Assembly (NCBI GenBank): GCA_013239625.1
Contig: MU053304.1
Location: forward strand, 744,001 to 808,000
Reading direction: 5' to 3'
Source of the DNA: Lama guanicoe
Lineage: Eukaryota
Length of the DNA stretch: 64,000 nucleotides
Positions within the stretch are counted from its first letter, which is position 1. Each line of letters starts with the position of its first letter. Of the stretch, positions 36,871 through 49,609 are shown piece after piece. Made by a program: the position numbers and the translations under genes. The notes below the pieces were generated by a model. It did no database searches, was not told the origin of the DNA, and saw nothing but the letters and a program-made list of their open reading frames with translations.

Positions 36871-39800
36871 CTATAAAGAAAAAAATCAATGAATAACTGT
36901 GATCACCTTTGGGAGCCTTGGTCAACAAAATCCGTCGGCTACTGTAGAGATGTGTAAACACCTTGGTGAGAGTCCAGTTATGTCCAGTCACACTTCCTGG
37001 AGTTACATCCTACCACGCCATAGTTTGGTATCATCTTAAGAAAATTTAAATCTCTCCATTTTCATCAGAACACATCAGTAGCATGAAAAAAAATTAAAAG
37101 CCAACATATAATTTGAGAGTAATTTAGGGGAAGAAAGTAAGCTAGGATCATTACTAGCATCATGCTAGATAGCGTCACATGTATTATTTCACTTAATCCA
37201 CACTAAGATTTTATTGACTTTCATCCCCATTTTATAGCATACATCAAATGGAGGCACAGAGGATAAAGGACTTTTTATGGTTATACACCCAGTAAGTGAG
37301 CGCTGAGATTCAAAGGGAATCTATTTCTAAATCCCATGGTTTCTCCAAAGGGGCTAGAGGTAGTGGTCATGGCAGGTAGGGTTTCTGCAAGAGCTTAAAA
37401 GAATTTACAAAGGAGAAATAAATTAGTAGCACAATGGAGTCAGAGGAAGAATAAGCCTGTTTCTTCGTCTGTAAAATGGGTATCAGACCTCCTACTTCCT
37501 AGGCTTGTTGGGGGATTTTATAACACACTGGAACTAAACCCCTGGCCCGGGCCCAGGTGCACAGCAGGCACTACACGGAAGCTGGTTACTTTCTCCTCCA
37601 TGACGCCTTCCCTGACCCCTCCCTGAGCAATCACCTCCTTGCCCTCTGAACACACGTGGCATTTTGTCTAGAACTCTCACAGTGCTCACCACCCTGGGGT
37701 GGTAAACGTTTACTAACGACTGAAGGGCTGACCTGTCCGGTATCCTTCTCACTCTCTGTACTAGACTGCGAGTCGGGGACAGAGCTCCTAACCTGCTGCT
37801 CACCCCTCCACCCCTCTGCATCTTCCTTATTGGCACTCATTTCTTGAACAGATGACATGAAAGTAAAGACAGCCTGAGAGAAGAGGAAAGGAAGTCAAAC
37901 AGGAAGTGGGAAGAAAGAAGGAACTGAAGGCTATTTCTGAAGAGCTTGCCCAGCACACTCAGGAAGGCGGCAGATTCACCCAGACGTCACCAAACCCCAA
38001 AACCATTTCCTAGAAGGGAATCCTCAGAAACTCTAGGACTCCGGTTGTCCTGGACACAGCCCTCATTCTGAAGGGAAAGTGACTTGGCTGGACCGAGGCC
38101 AGCAGGGCGCTAACCAGACTCACATGCCTGTCATGAGCTGTGCTGTTGTCTTGCGATGCTGCTTAGTCAAGAAAGCTGCCCTGCAGACGGGAGGATGCTG
38201 TGTCATTCTGCACTTGGGCTGAAGCTTAACTACCTAACTTCTCTTCCTACTGGCCCCAAACAGCACCACTCCTTTCCACCTTCAGTAAGTGGCTTTCAAA
38301 ACGGGGATGCTGCTATATTTATCAATTATGAATCTTTCTTCTTCAAATATGAAAATGCCTTTTAAAAAAACGTTAGATATTTCATGAGGCCAGTCCAGCC
38401 ACACTCCCCTCCCCTGAGCCTGTGGGCTCAGACTCATTCTATCTCCAGAACAATCCAGTCCTGTGAACTCAAGGACCTTGTGAGCCTCAGCTCCTCCTCT
38501 CTGACATGACAGGGACATCAGCCCTGCTCCCTGGATTGCAGCCCTCAACGCAGTAACAGGGCCGAGCACTGGCGTGACCTCTCCTGAGAGCCCACTGGTG
38601 AAATTGGCTCTGCCTTGCTCCCGCCCAGTGACCTGTCAGGTCTCCCTGTCCTCTCTTTGGTGACCAGCTGGTATCTGCTGGACCCCCTCGCTGGGTGCCA
38701 GACTTATGGACAAACCTCCCTGCTGCTGCCGGCTGCTCACCTCCATGTGTCGTATCAGCACACCGGAGCTCCCCTTAGGGTTCACCAGAGCCATCCTTCC
38801 CCACCTGTGGGGTAAGGGTCCTAAAACACACAGGAATTTTTGTATTTGAGGACCTTAAAGTGCTATTAGAAAAGGAGTGCTAGAGGACTGAGATGGGCTT
38901 GAATGTATGAAAACGCATACACATCTTCATCTTCACTAAAATAAGACAGGAAAGTCAATACTCTAAAAAAAAAAAACTGTGGCAATACCATGTCACATAC
39001 CTTAAACTAGTAAGTGACTAATAACTCACACTCTGCTACTAATTTCCGCTCAGGGGTGAAGACTGGGCTGGAGGGAAACCTCCAGCTCCCCCTCCTCTAG
39101 GCTTCACCACGATGCTTGCAGACTCATCTGACTTGATGCTGATGACGCAGCCTAAGGTATCTGTGTGAGGATGTCTGGTCCTCCAGCCAAACCTTCAATG
39201 ACTTTCTGATTTTGTTTCAAAGTATCAGACTCCTGGGTAATCATCTCTGGGGTCCTGCCACTGTCTTATGGATGCAGAATAACATCCGTGCTTGAGACAA
39301 AAAAGAACCACATCAGGCTCCACATTTAAACTGGAACTTACTGAGCGAAGCAGGTGGGTGCCCAGCCTTTCCTGAATACTCAAGGTTAGGCGTCAGGTCT
39401 GTCAGCGATAACTTCCTGACAAAGCACATCCCTCACAGAAACGTAAACTGATCCCTCCTCCTCACATTCTTTAGCATGCTGGTCCCAGGGCTGGCTTTAT
39501 ACAGGAGAAAGTGATGATTTTTGGCCGGAGAGGCAAGGCACCATGCTTCTTGGCTGCCTGGGAGGAGGAAAGACTGACAAGGAAATGGAAGTGAGTGTGT
39601 CCCGACAGACTGAAACAAAGTCAGTTTGGAAGAAGGTTCCCAGCCCAACCCTGACCCGGCTGCTGCAGAGGAGCCCTGGCCTGGGAGGGAGGTCTCAGCG
39701 TGGCTAGTGACCACAGAGCAGATAGGCAACGACTTTTCCCAGCATTCCCCTGCCTTCCCCAACTGTGGCCTCCCCAGGGAAGGTTAGGGAGTGACTTGGC

Positions 39801-40109
39801 CAGGACTAAGGTTCAGGTTTTATTTCATTTGATTACTATTTTCTTATTATGCCCACCCAGCAGAATTGGAGTGCAAAATCAGAAACGAAAATAAAGTCAG
39901 CTGCAGAAAATAAAGTTCTATTCCTTGTCGATCTGAATCTGGAATAAATTGCATTTGCTCCCTAAAAACCAAAGGAGAGGATGTTCAAATGGAAACAGGC
40001 CCCCAGCCTGAAGGCAGCCAAGGTCTCAGCCTCACGGCTGCTCGCCCTGTCGCCCCCTGTTGATGGGGCGCCCTCTGCGTCCTCCTGCCTCCCAAGCTTT
40101 GTGTCCGTC

Positions 40110-40290
40110 CACAGCAGGGATGGGCCAGCTCAGCTGCACAATGGAATCACCTGGGAGCTTTAAACACTCATTATCACACCTGGGGTTCCCGCAGAGATTC
40201 TGATTTAACTGGCATAGGGTGCTGCCTTGGGGATTTTCAGGTGTCCCCGGGTGACTGCCGTGTGAAGCCCAGGCTGTGAACTGTGAGCTG
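40110..40290. mobile_element. MER5A-like hAT DNA transposon
   Basis: gaatcacctgggagctttaa...cagagattctgatttaactgg...ccccgggtga. Confidence 0.65.
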
Positions 40291-41072
40291 GAAGAGCCAC
40301 CTGCAGGCTTCTTCCCATGAAGGGCTGCTGGCATCTCTCTTTTGCTGCCACCTCGGGATTAGAGATTAGGAGATCCATTCTTAACCTTCACTTGTGTGCT
40401 GAACAAGATCTGCGCACTTGGACTTTCAGTGACGTGGATGCTGAGTGTCGGGGGAGGGCATGTAGGAGGACAAAAGTGACAACCTTGGTCTGGATGCTGG
40501 CAGTGCCAGGTGCCTTGTACGAGTCAGTATCAAGGTGTCAGGAGTCCAAAGAAATAGCTAATAGCTTCCCCACCATCCCAGTCCCATCCAAGGCTTCCTT
40601 CACCTTCTTCTCTTGCTTATTAAGGTATGTGGGTTGTCATGGTAATGGAGGAAAGAGGATCACATCCTCCCATGTTGCTGATTTCTGGAGTGAATGAATG
40701 AATGTGGGAGGGCGACGGCACTTTCTACATTGGTGCTGGAAAGGCTGGGATCTGTTTTCATTATCTGACCCTAGGACCCTGGGGCAGCCACCCGAACAAG
40801 GTGGGGGAAATGATTAGAAGATAAAGAGAACTTCTGGTTAGAGAAGGGTTTCTGTAATTGCTTTTGAATTCTTTTTATTGACTATAAGCCTAAAGTGTGA
40901 TGAGGGACTGATCTTGGGACAATGTGACCTTCACTGCCTGCTTGAACTTTTGTTCATTAGGGTCTCCCCACCTCCCTCAAGGCCTCTTGAATGAATGCCA
41001 AGAAATGACAAGCCCCTCTAAGAAAGCCCATGTATCTTTCTGGCACATGTGAAAGATTCAAAAGACAGATCA

Positions 41073-41273
<201 letters not shown>

Positions 41274-42226
41274 TCAAAAATAAAACAAAACAAAACCAAC
41301 CCTTTATTTTTTTCCAGGAGGAAGGGATATGCACAATAACAATTCCTCTGCTCAGTTTCTAAACATTTTTTGTTGTTATTTTTACAATTCACAGTGAAAT
41401 TATTTTCTTCTTGGTTGACTATCTGACCCAACTATAAAACATTTATTTAAAAAAAAAAACTGCTGTAAAACTTTACTGCATAAGTGTTCCCTTTAGTTTT
41501 GGCAATACATTGTTTTGGGAAGTGGTTTCTTTCCTGTGTTTTCCCTGTATTTATACACTGTGTTATGGATTTTAGGGCTAAAAGTGGTTTTTGAAAAGTG
41601 AAACCATATGTTCAGAGAAGTAAATGAACAAATAGAGCCTTTTTTTAAACAGCCATCATTCTTTTTCTATCAAAATAAAGTCACTATGTTGTGTATTATT
41701 TACTTTACTACAAAACGCTGACATCAGAAATGTAGAGGTAAGTGTCTGTTTCCCTCCTTCCTCTGTCCTTGTGGGACTGGAATGTATGGCTGGAGCTAAT
41801 GAGGCCTTCTTGCCACCGAAAGGAAAAAGTGTATCTAATATTGAACCTAAAGCAGAGGAAGCAGAGTCCAGAAGTGTGGGCAGGGAAATGGATCAAGTGA
41901 CATGAGAATCCTGATTAGGTTGTACCTGAAGCTCATGGCTGGACTTTTCAGTTACAACTGCCAGGAAGTGCCCTTTTTAGGCATGAGGCCAGTTTGGAAT
42001 CAATAGCTCTGACTGAACCAAAGAAAAAGTGCCAAGTGTGGTTTTGAACATGGTGAGTTTCAGTCATCTACAGCAGAGCATTACCCTCTGCAAAGGTCAA
42101 GCCTGGACTGTAATTCTAGCCTCCCCATAAACCAGCTGTGCCACCTTGGTCAAATTACTTCACTCCTCCCAGCCTGTTTCCTCAACTATAGAATAAGGAT
42201 GGCAACTCAAGTTAACATGAGATTTC

Positions 42227-42355
42227 CTTTTTTAATTGAGGTATAGTTGATTCACAATGTTGTGTTAGTTTCCAGCGTACAGCATAGTGATTCAGTTATA
42301 CTCATGTATTCTTTTTCGTTATAGGTTATTACAAGATACTGAATGTTCCCTGTAC
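42227..42355 (-). mobile_element. Short L1 3' terminus
   Basis: ttttttaattgaggtatagttgattcacaatgttgtgttagtt; TSD CATGAGATTT on both sides. Confidence 0.8.
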
Positions 42356-43261
42356 CATGAGATTTTTAAAAGATATAACTGGGTGTTGGTTATGTAGGTG
42401 TATATATTTTTCAAAATGCAATGAACTATATATGTAAGGCCTGTGCGTTTCACTGTTCATAAATTATACCTAAAAAAAGCATCTAGGCCAACAACTGGCA
42501 CACAGTAGAGTCTCAATAAATGGTTGAGACTGCTGTGTCCGGCAGGGATCTGTGGCTCAGAAGAGAGATCTGGTAGCTGAAGCAAGAGAATAAACAACGT
42601 TCCTGGTGACCACAGAGTGAGAAGAGAAGAGGGTTAGGACAGAAACTTCAGAGAATGACATGTAACAGGGGAGGCAGGGCAGAGACTGATAAGCCCACAG
42701 AGTTGGTCTGGAAGGAAAACACTCTGGAGAGGCCTTAAGTCAAGGGAAGAGCGTTTCAGAGGCCGTGCAGCAGTGCCAAGGCCTCTGTGGGACCAATCAG
42801 ACACACTGGGGCTTGTCCCACCAAACAGACAGGCCCTCCATTGTCAGGAGAGCTGAATTTTATGTCTCTCTGCCCCATTTTATGTCTGAGACCTCTTCCC
42901 TGTTCTCCATCTCGACCCAAAATAAGGGCCAGAGAAGGAAGAACATTATCAAGTACCAGCAGTGTGATTAACCCCAAAATGCCGAAGGTCAGGATCAGCA
43001 CAACCGGCTGTGTCAGCATCTAATGTTCCCACCCATGGAGTGGGACAGATGATTCCTTCAGGCTCTCCTCTATATTTCCCTTCACAGGTTACTTTTGCAA
43101 ATGATTAACTGCTCATATATTGAAAGATCTTTTAATTCTCATTTGCTCTTTCCTCTATCTCTAGCTCAGTTGTTACTTGGGGGAAAAAAATCACAAATTC
43201 CTTCTCTGTAATTAAAAGTATTATTGGGGGAAGCTTTTTTAATAGAAAATTCCCCAGTGAG

Positions 43262-44253
43262 GGGGGAGGGTATAGCTCAGTGATAGAGTGCATGCTTAAC
43301 TGCTTAACATGCACAAGGTCCTGGGTTCAATTCCCCAACCTTCATTAAAAAAAAAAAGTTTAAAAAAAGCAGCAAAACCATATTACTAATTATCAGAGAA
43401 ATGCAAATCAAAGCTATGATGAGGTATCACCTCACACCAGTCAGAATGGCCAACATTCAAAAGTCCACAAATGACAAATGCTGGAGAGGCTGTGGAGAAA
43501 AGGGAACCCTCCTACACTGCTGGTGGGAATGCAGGTTGGTGCAGCCACTGTGGAAAACAGTATGGAGATTCCTCAAAAGACTAGGAATAGCCTTACCATA
43601 TGGCCCAGTCATCCTGCTCCTGGGCATATATCCAGAAGGAAGCCTACTTCAAAAAGACACCTGCACCCCAATAGTTCATAGCAGCACTATTTACAATAGC
43701 CAAGACATGGAAACAGCCTAGATGTCCATCAACAGATTACTGGATAAAGAAGATGTGGTATATTTATACAACAGAATACTATTCAGCCATAAAAAAGACA
43801 ACATAATGCCATTTGCAGCAACATGGATGTCCCTGGAGAATGTTATTCTAAGTGAAGTAAGCCAGAAAGAGAAAGAGAAATACCATATGAGATCGCTCAT
43901 ATGTGGAATCTAAAAAAAGAAAAAAAGAACATAAATACAAAACAGAAACAGACTCATAGACATAGAATACAAACTTGTGGTTGCCAAGGGGGCAGGGGGT
44001 GGGAAGGGACAGATTGGGATTTCAAAATTTGTAGATACTGACAGGCATATGCAGAACAGATAAACAAGATTATACTGTACAGCACAGGGAAATATATACA
44101 AGATCTTGTGGTAGCTCACAGTGAAAAAAAATGTGGCAATGAATATATGTATGTTCATGTATAACTGAAAAATTGTGCTCTACACTGGAATTTGACACAA
44201 CATTGTAAAATGCAACAAAAAAAGCAGCACAAACAAACAAACAAAAACAAAAT
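43262..44253 (+). mobile_element. vic-1-type SINE with a young L1 3' fragment (about 43385-44216) in its tail
   Basis: Outer TSD GAAAATTCCCCAGTGAG (43245-43261 and 44254-44270); inner repeat AAAAAAAGCAGCA (43362-43374 and 44217-44229); ORF2 C-terminal peptide [17 protein letters not shown]...[20 protein letters not shown]. Confidence 0.9.
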
Positions 44254-44589
44254 GAAAATTCCCCAGTGAGAAATTTCACTTATTTTAAATATATATATAA
44301 TTTTTACTAAACAAAACTGTAAATTATAGGAATAATAAATTATAAAAATAATAATCTTTTGTCGTGAAGGCAGTAACACATCATTTCAGATAATCTGGGC
44401 CAAATAAAAATGCCAAGGTAGATAAAAAGGATAAGCACAGGTACTCGTGTCTCAGTCAGATGTATGAAAAGGAAAGCATGAAAGTGTGTAAAAAATGGAG
44501 GAACGAGGAACTCACGCTCCTGCCAGCCAGCTGCAATTCGACATTATCCTAAAGACAGCCATACAGAAGAATGTATTTATGTTATAGTG

Positions 44590-44730
44590 TTTTTTCAGTG
44601 TTTATTTTATTTTCAGGCAGAGGAAGTAATTAGATTTATCTATGTTTTTTTAAGAGGAGGTGCTGGGGATTGAACCCAGGATCCTGAGCATGCTAAACAT
44701 GCACTCTACCACTGAGCTGTGCCCTCCCCC
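44590..44730 (-). mobile_element. vic-1-type SINE
   Basis: Reverse tRNA-like head; TSD TTATAGTGT. Confidence 0.85.
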
Positions 44731-45177
44731 TGTATTATAGTGTCTAAGGAAAGAAAACGATTGATCACGTCCAGACTCCTCACTAGGTAAAGGTTTGGGG
44801 GTGTATCCAGTCCCGAGTCCGGGGCGACACTGCAGCCCAGGTGTGGAAAGCTCTGGAGCCGAATTGCCAAGGCTGGCTGGTCACTGGCACGTGGCCCCAG
44901 GCAAGGGATTTAACCTCTAAACCTCATTTCATCAGCAGCAAAATGGGCACAACCCTAGTAACTGCTCAGGGGGCCTCTGGGAGGTGACATGAGATAAAGC
45001 ACCAGTCAGAGCCTATGACGTGCATGGAACACCGCACAGTCCAGGTGGTTCCTAACTCGCCTCTCCCGTGCTCAGCAGGCCAGCTCTCTACCGAGTTCTA
45101 TTCCATTCCAGCCCACAGAGTCCAAACCTACATCCTAAAGGTCACCAAGAGAAATTTTCCCTTTAGAAATATAAATT

Positions 45178-45328
45178 GGGGGAGGGTATAGAGCAGTGGT
45201 AGAGTGCATACCTAGCAAGCACAAGGTCCTCGGTTCAATCCCCAGCACCACCATTAAGAAGAAATAAATGAACAAATAAACCTAATTACCTCCCCCTCAA
45301 CAATAAATAAAAAGAGTTTTAAAAAAAA
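45178..45328 (+). mobile_element. vic-1-type SINE
   Basis: tRNA-like head and CCTAATTACCTCCCC tail; TSD AGAAATATAAA. Confidence 0.85.
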
Positions 45329-46209
45329 GAAATATAAACGTAATTTCAGGTGCATATAAATACTTTCCTTTAGTTATGGAAGTTATACAGGTTCTCTGTA
45401 GAAAACTTGTCAACTATATAAAAGAAAATAATAAAAATTACTGACAAGCTCCTACACTCAGAGATAATAATTGTGAACATTTTAAGGTATGTCCTACCTT
45501 TTATGGGCACTGTTGTACATAACTGGATAATATTGATAATATAATACTAACTATTATTTTTCAACTAAATTTTATGATCATTTTCATGTGTCAATAAAAT
45601 CTTTATAAGCATAATTTTAATAGCTATAATAATAAAATTATAGCAGTAACATTTTTCAAGGCTGCTTTTATATATATTAGTTCCTTTAATTCTCACAATA
45701 ATCTTACGAGGTTTGGTTCTATACAACACCCATTTTACCTTCTGAGAGAGTGAGTCGTAAAGCCTGAGGACATACAATGATACACTAGGAAGTGGCAGAG
45801 GTGAAATTCAAACACAGCCTTATGCTCGGCAGCTCCAGCTCTTAACTATTCCACCCTTCGCCCCTGTTCTGACTTAATCATCATACCCCTACTGTTGGAC
45901 ACTTAGGGTATTTCCTGTTTTCCACTATGACCAGTAATGCTGTAATGAAATTGTGGATACATGAATCTTTGTTCGTGTTTTGTATGGAGCCCCAGAAATA
46001 GAATTACTGAGCCAAGAACATTAATATTTTGAGGATTATTGTATATATTGCCAAACTGTTTTCTAAAAATCAGTTTATAATCCTCTCACTAAGATTTCCA
46101 CACTCATTCTGAAAAGCCCACACACAACGGATGCCACAGAATACAGCAAATGGGCTTACCAACTGTAATGGGCAGCTGCTATATTTGTAGCTGACGAACA
46201 CCTTTAAAA

Positions 46210-46640
46210 CAGCTTTTTTATGATATGTTTGTGTCCCAAGGGAACAGCCAGAACATTAGCATTTCCAGCCTCCCTTGTGCCAGGGTGCAGGCAGAGGACT
46301 TAGGTCCTGCCAATCAAATGTACCCATGTAAGACTGATTTAGAAGTGGGCGATGTGAAGGATCAGGCACATGAGGGACACACAGCTTTGTGAAAGTTGGG
46401 TAGTGGTGGCACCGAGTCCTTCGGGGACAGCAGGGAAGTTTCTGGCATCAGGGCATGAGCACGGTCCTGGGACCACAGTGCAAGGTGCAGTGGGGGTATC
46501 ACTGGAGCAGCCCCATGAAGTGTGTGGGCATTCCTCTTGGCTGTTTGGCTTTTAAGCCCAGCCCCCTGGCTCTCCCAGAGACTCCGGGAGCCTCCACAAT
46601 TTACAGAGCATCTGGTCTTCTCCAGCCCAGGGTGCAATGT
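46210..46640. mobile_element. ERVL LTR (LTR33/LTR16-like)
   Basis: catttccagcctcccttg...taggtcctgccaatca motif recalled from this group. Confidence 0.5.
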
Positions 46641-47839
46641 CTGGCTGGGGTTTAGGTCCCAGGGCCGAGCTCCATGGCCGACAGTTACCCCAGCCCTGGT
46701 GCAGGAGGCCTTGAGTGGGCATCAGGGCAGCCCTCTTGGTCTCATCTGCCCTCTAGCCCAGACCTTGGCGGTCTTTTAAAGTTCAAATCAGCCTCAGGGT
46801 GCTCATTTATCTTTTATTCCTTTTATTTTTTTGGTATTATTTTAAGACCACCATAATAGCATTTGGTACTGATATAATTTTATGCATTCTTTGTCATTTG
46901 CCACAAGCACACAAAATGTTTTACATAGTTGCAAAAACAGAGTTCTTATAATGTCATATTCTGCTTTTATTCCTCATACAATAAAACTTTCCATACTGTC
47001 TCACATTGCTTTTCCTAATTATCATCTTCAATAGCTATTAATATTGTGAGCAAAAGCACCATACTCTTATTAGCAATCCCTCTATTACCAGGTATTTATG
47101 TTCTGTTTTCTATCATAAAAATGCTGAATAGAGCATCTTCATGCAGAGTTTTTTCTCTGCATCAATAACTTGAGGAAAATGAATGAATCCAAAATATAGA
47201 GGTTTCCGTAACTTTTCATATATATTGCCAAACTTCTTTCCAAAGGATTGTGCCAACACACATGGCAAATACCGGCATGGTCTGAACATCAGCTCGGCCA
47301 CCACCTCCCCGGCATCGTGTGTGGGCGGATGTCGGGGCGATGAGATGGCGCATGACGTTTTCCTCACTGTCTGTCTCCCCGTATGTGCAAAAGGAATGTA
47401 ACACCCTTTATTAATCTGAAAACCTCCTCAAGGACAAGAACGAAATGAGGGGAAATCTCAGGGGTTTAGAAAAACTCCATTGAAGCCATAACCTCCCTTT
47501 AGAGGCCTCTCTTATAAATAAACAGGCAACTGCTGAGGTGATGTGTCCAAAGGCTTCCCCCTGTTAAAATGCTAGAGGGAAGCTTATGCTACATACACCC
47601 TTATTTAAGTGGTCCAGGTTCTCTTTTTTAAAGTCAGTCATTCAGAGGCTGTCTAGAAATTTATGTCAGAAACTATAAAGGAAGATATTAACAATACGAC
47701 TGTCATCAAAGCTGCCATATGACTAAAACCCTGTAACTAAAAGACAAACAAAAAATTGTGGGAGATACTTGTAACATATGTCAAAAGATAAATAGCCCTA
47801 ATTTCCCTCATGACTCACCGGATCCAGAGGCGACTCAGA

Positions 47840-48130
47840 AGCATGTGGCAGCCAGCCTCCAAGATGCCTCCTCTGACCCACCCCTGGAATTCATGCTCTG
47901 GAGCGGTCCCCTCCACCCTGCTCCAGCGCTGGTCTGTGTAATCACTTCTGAGATTAGGTCATAAAGGAGACCATGGCTGCTCACTTTGTGTCTCTCTGGG
48001 GTCACCCACTCAGGGGAAGCCTTATGGAGAGGCCCATGTGCAAGGAAGTGAGGTCCCCAGGCAACAGCGCAGGGACCTTGGAGGCGGATCTTCCTGCCTC
48101 AGCTACACTGGCTGAAGTCATCACTAACAC
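47840..48130 (+). mobile_element. MLT1F-like MaLR LTR fragment
   Basis: tgtggcagccagcctccaagatg...cacttctgagattaggtcataaa...tatggagaggcccatgtg. Confidence 0.7.
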
Positions 48131-49129
48131 CTGAGGTTGTCCCTTTCTTCTACCTTTTCTCTATGGCCTGGATGATCTTGAAGGGCTGTGCCCTCTCATG
48201 CCTGACACCAGCGAGCCTCTCTGCCTCACCTGGCCCCTGTCCCTTTACTACCCTTCCCTCCTGCCTGCTCCACCCCGGATGCCTGCCCTTTACACCTTTT
48301 GACTCCATGTCACCTCCGTTCTTTCTTTTTCTTCAACCTACATGTTTTCTTCCTTGTTCTCTGCTTTGGTTGACAATTCATCTCTTTCACCTGAATGATC
48401 ATAATGCAGAATTTAATTAAGTTTATTTCCCCACACTCTGCATTGAAAAAGCAGATCTTTTTCTTTAACACCAGTAGTCAATTAAGTTTCACTGTTTACT
48501 GTGACCACACAGAATAGTTCTTAAATAAGTTTTTGTCTCTGGCATAACTGCTGATATAATTTTACATGACCCATTAGAAGATATAGCAATTCTTCTAAGT
48601 AAGAAAAGTCAAGGGGGAGGCCATGTTTCGTTGGTCTCAAACTGAACTTAGCCTGTGTTTTGACAGTGGAAATATGTTTAATCCTTTATCACAAGCACTT
48701 AACACGCACACTATTAACCTGCTTTCATATGTCATACGGAAAAAGGACAAAACTCTAGTGGTTTTGATTAGATCTAGAAAACATTTGTCATCTCAAAAGA
48801 AGATGATAATCACCTGAGGTTTGTTTTATGCTTCTAATATAAGCACTAATATAAACAGTAAGTATTTGATTCACTATTTTCCAACCAAATCAAGTAGCAG
48901 ACAGTTTTATCATCTTCACCAGTGTTTCTGTTCCATCTGGTTGCTCTCAGGATGTCTGCAGATTAGAGGAGTGTTTTGATTGCACCAGGTCTCACGCCAC
49001 AATTCCTCCAGAAATCCTGGAGGTGAATCTGATGATTTTCTCCATTTCATCATTTGCCTGTTAAGCTTCTCCTACTATGGAATCCATAAGCATTCCCAAA
49101 GCCCCAAATTAAAATGAGTCAAATTTGGG

Positions 49130-49247
49130 TGGGAGGAGAGTAATAGCTCAGTGGTAGAGCACACGCTTAGCATGCACAAGGTCCTGGGTTCAATCCCCAG
49201 CACCTCCATTAAAACACACACACAGATACATACAAACAAAAATTTTT
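49130..49247 (+). mobile_element. vic-1-type SINE
   Basis: tRNA-like head and CA-rich tail; TSD AAATGAGTCA. Confidence 0.85.
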
Positions 49248-49534
49248 AAATGAGTCATATTTTAAAAAACATCTACAACTTTCCAAAAAATAAGCCTGCT
49301 AGGAACTTTCTGACACTGCGGGTCTTAATCATTTAGGCTGGGATCCCTTGAGAATCTGATAAAAACTACAAACTCTCTAAGAAAACTGCAAATATGTATT
49401 TGAGATTCAATTTCAGGGAGTTCGTTAACTATCCGAAGCCTTCCCAATGGAGCCCCGTCAGAAACTCTTTGCTTTAATAGCCTCTGATCCACGGCACTGA
49501 CAGGAGCTGAGCGACTTCTCAAACATTTTCTTAC

Positions 49535-49609
49535 CATTGCTCTTGCTTCCTCACGGATGGATGGAATAGAAAGGATGCTGTACAGGGCTCCATTCACATA
49601 CGGCTGAAT
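49535..49609 (-). CDS. ARMC9: ARMC9 internal coding exon, 75 nt (IQPYVNGALYSILSIPSIREEARAM)
   Basis: Acceptor aag|ATT and donor ATG|gtaaga; phase 0 to phase 0; within ORF 49325..49666. Confidence 0.96.
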
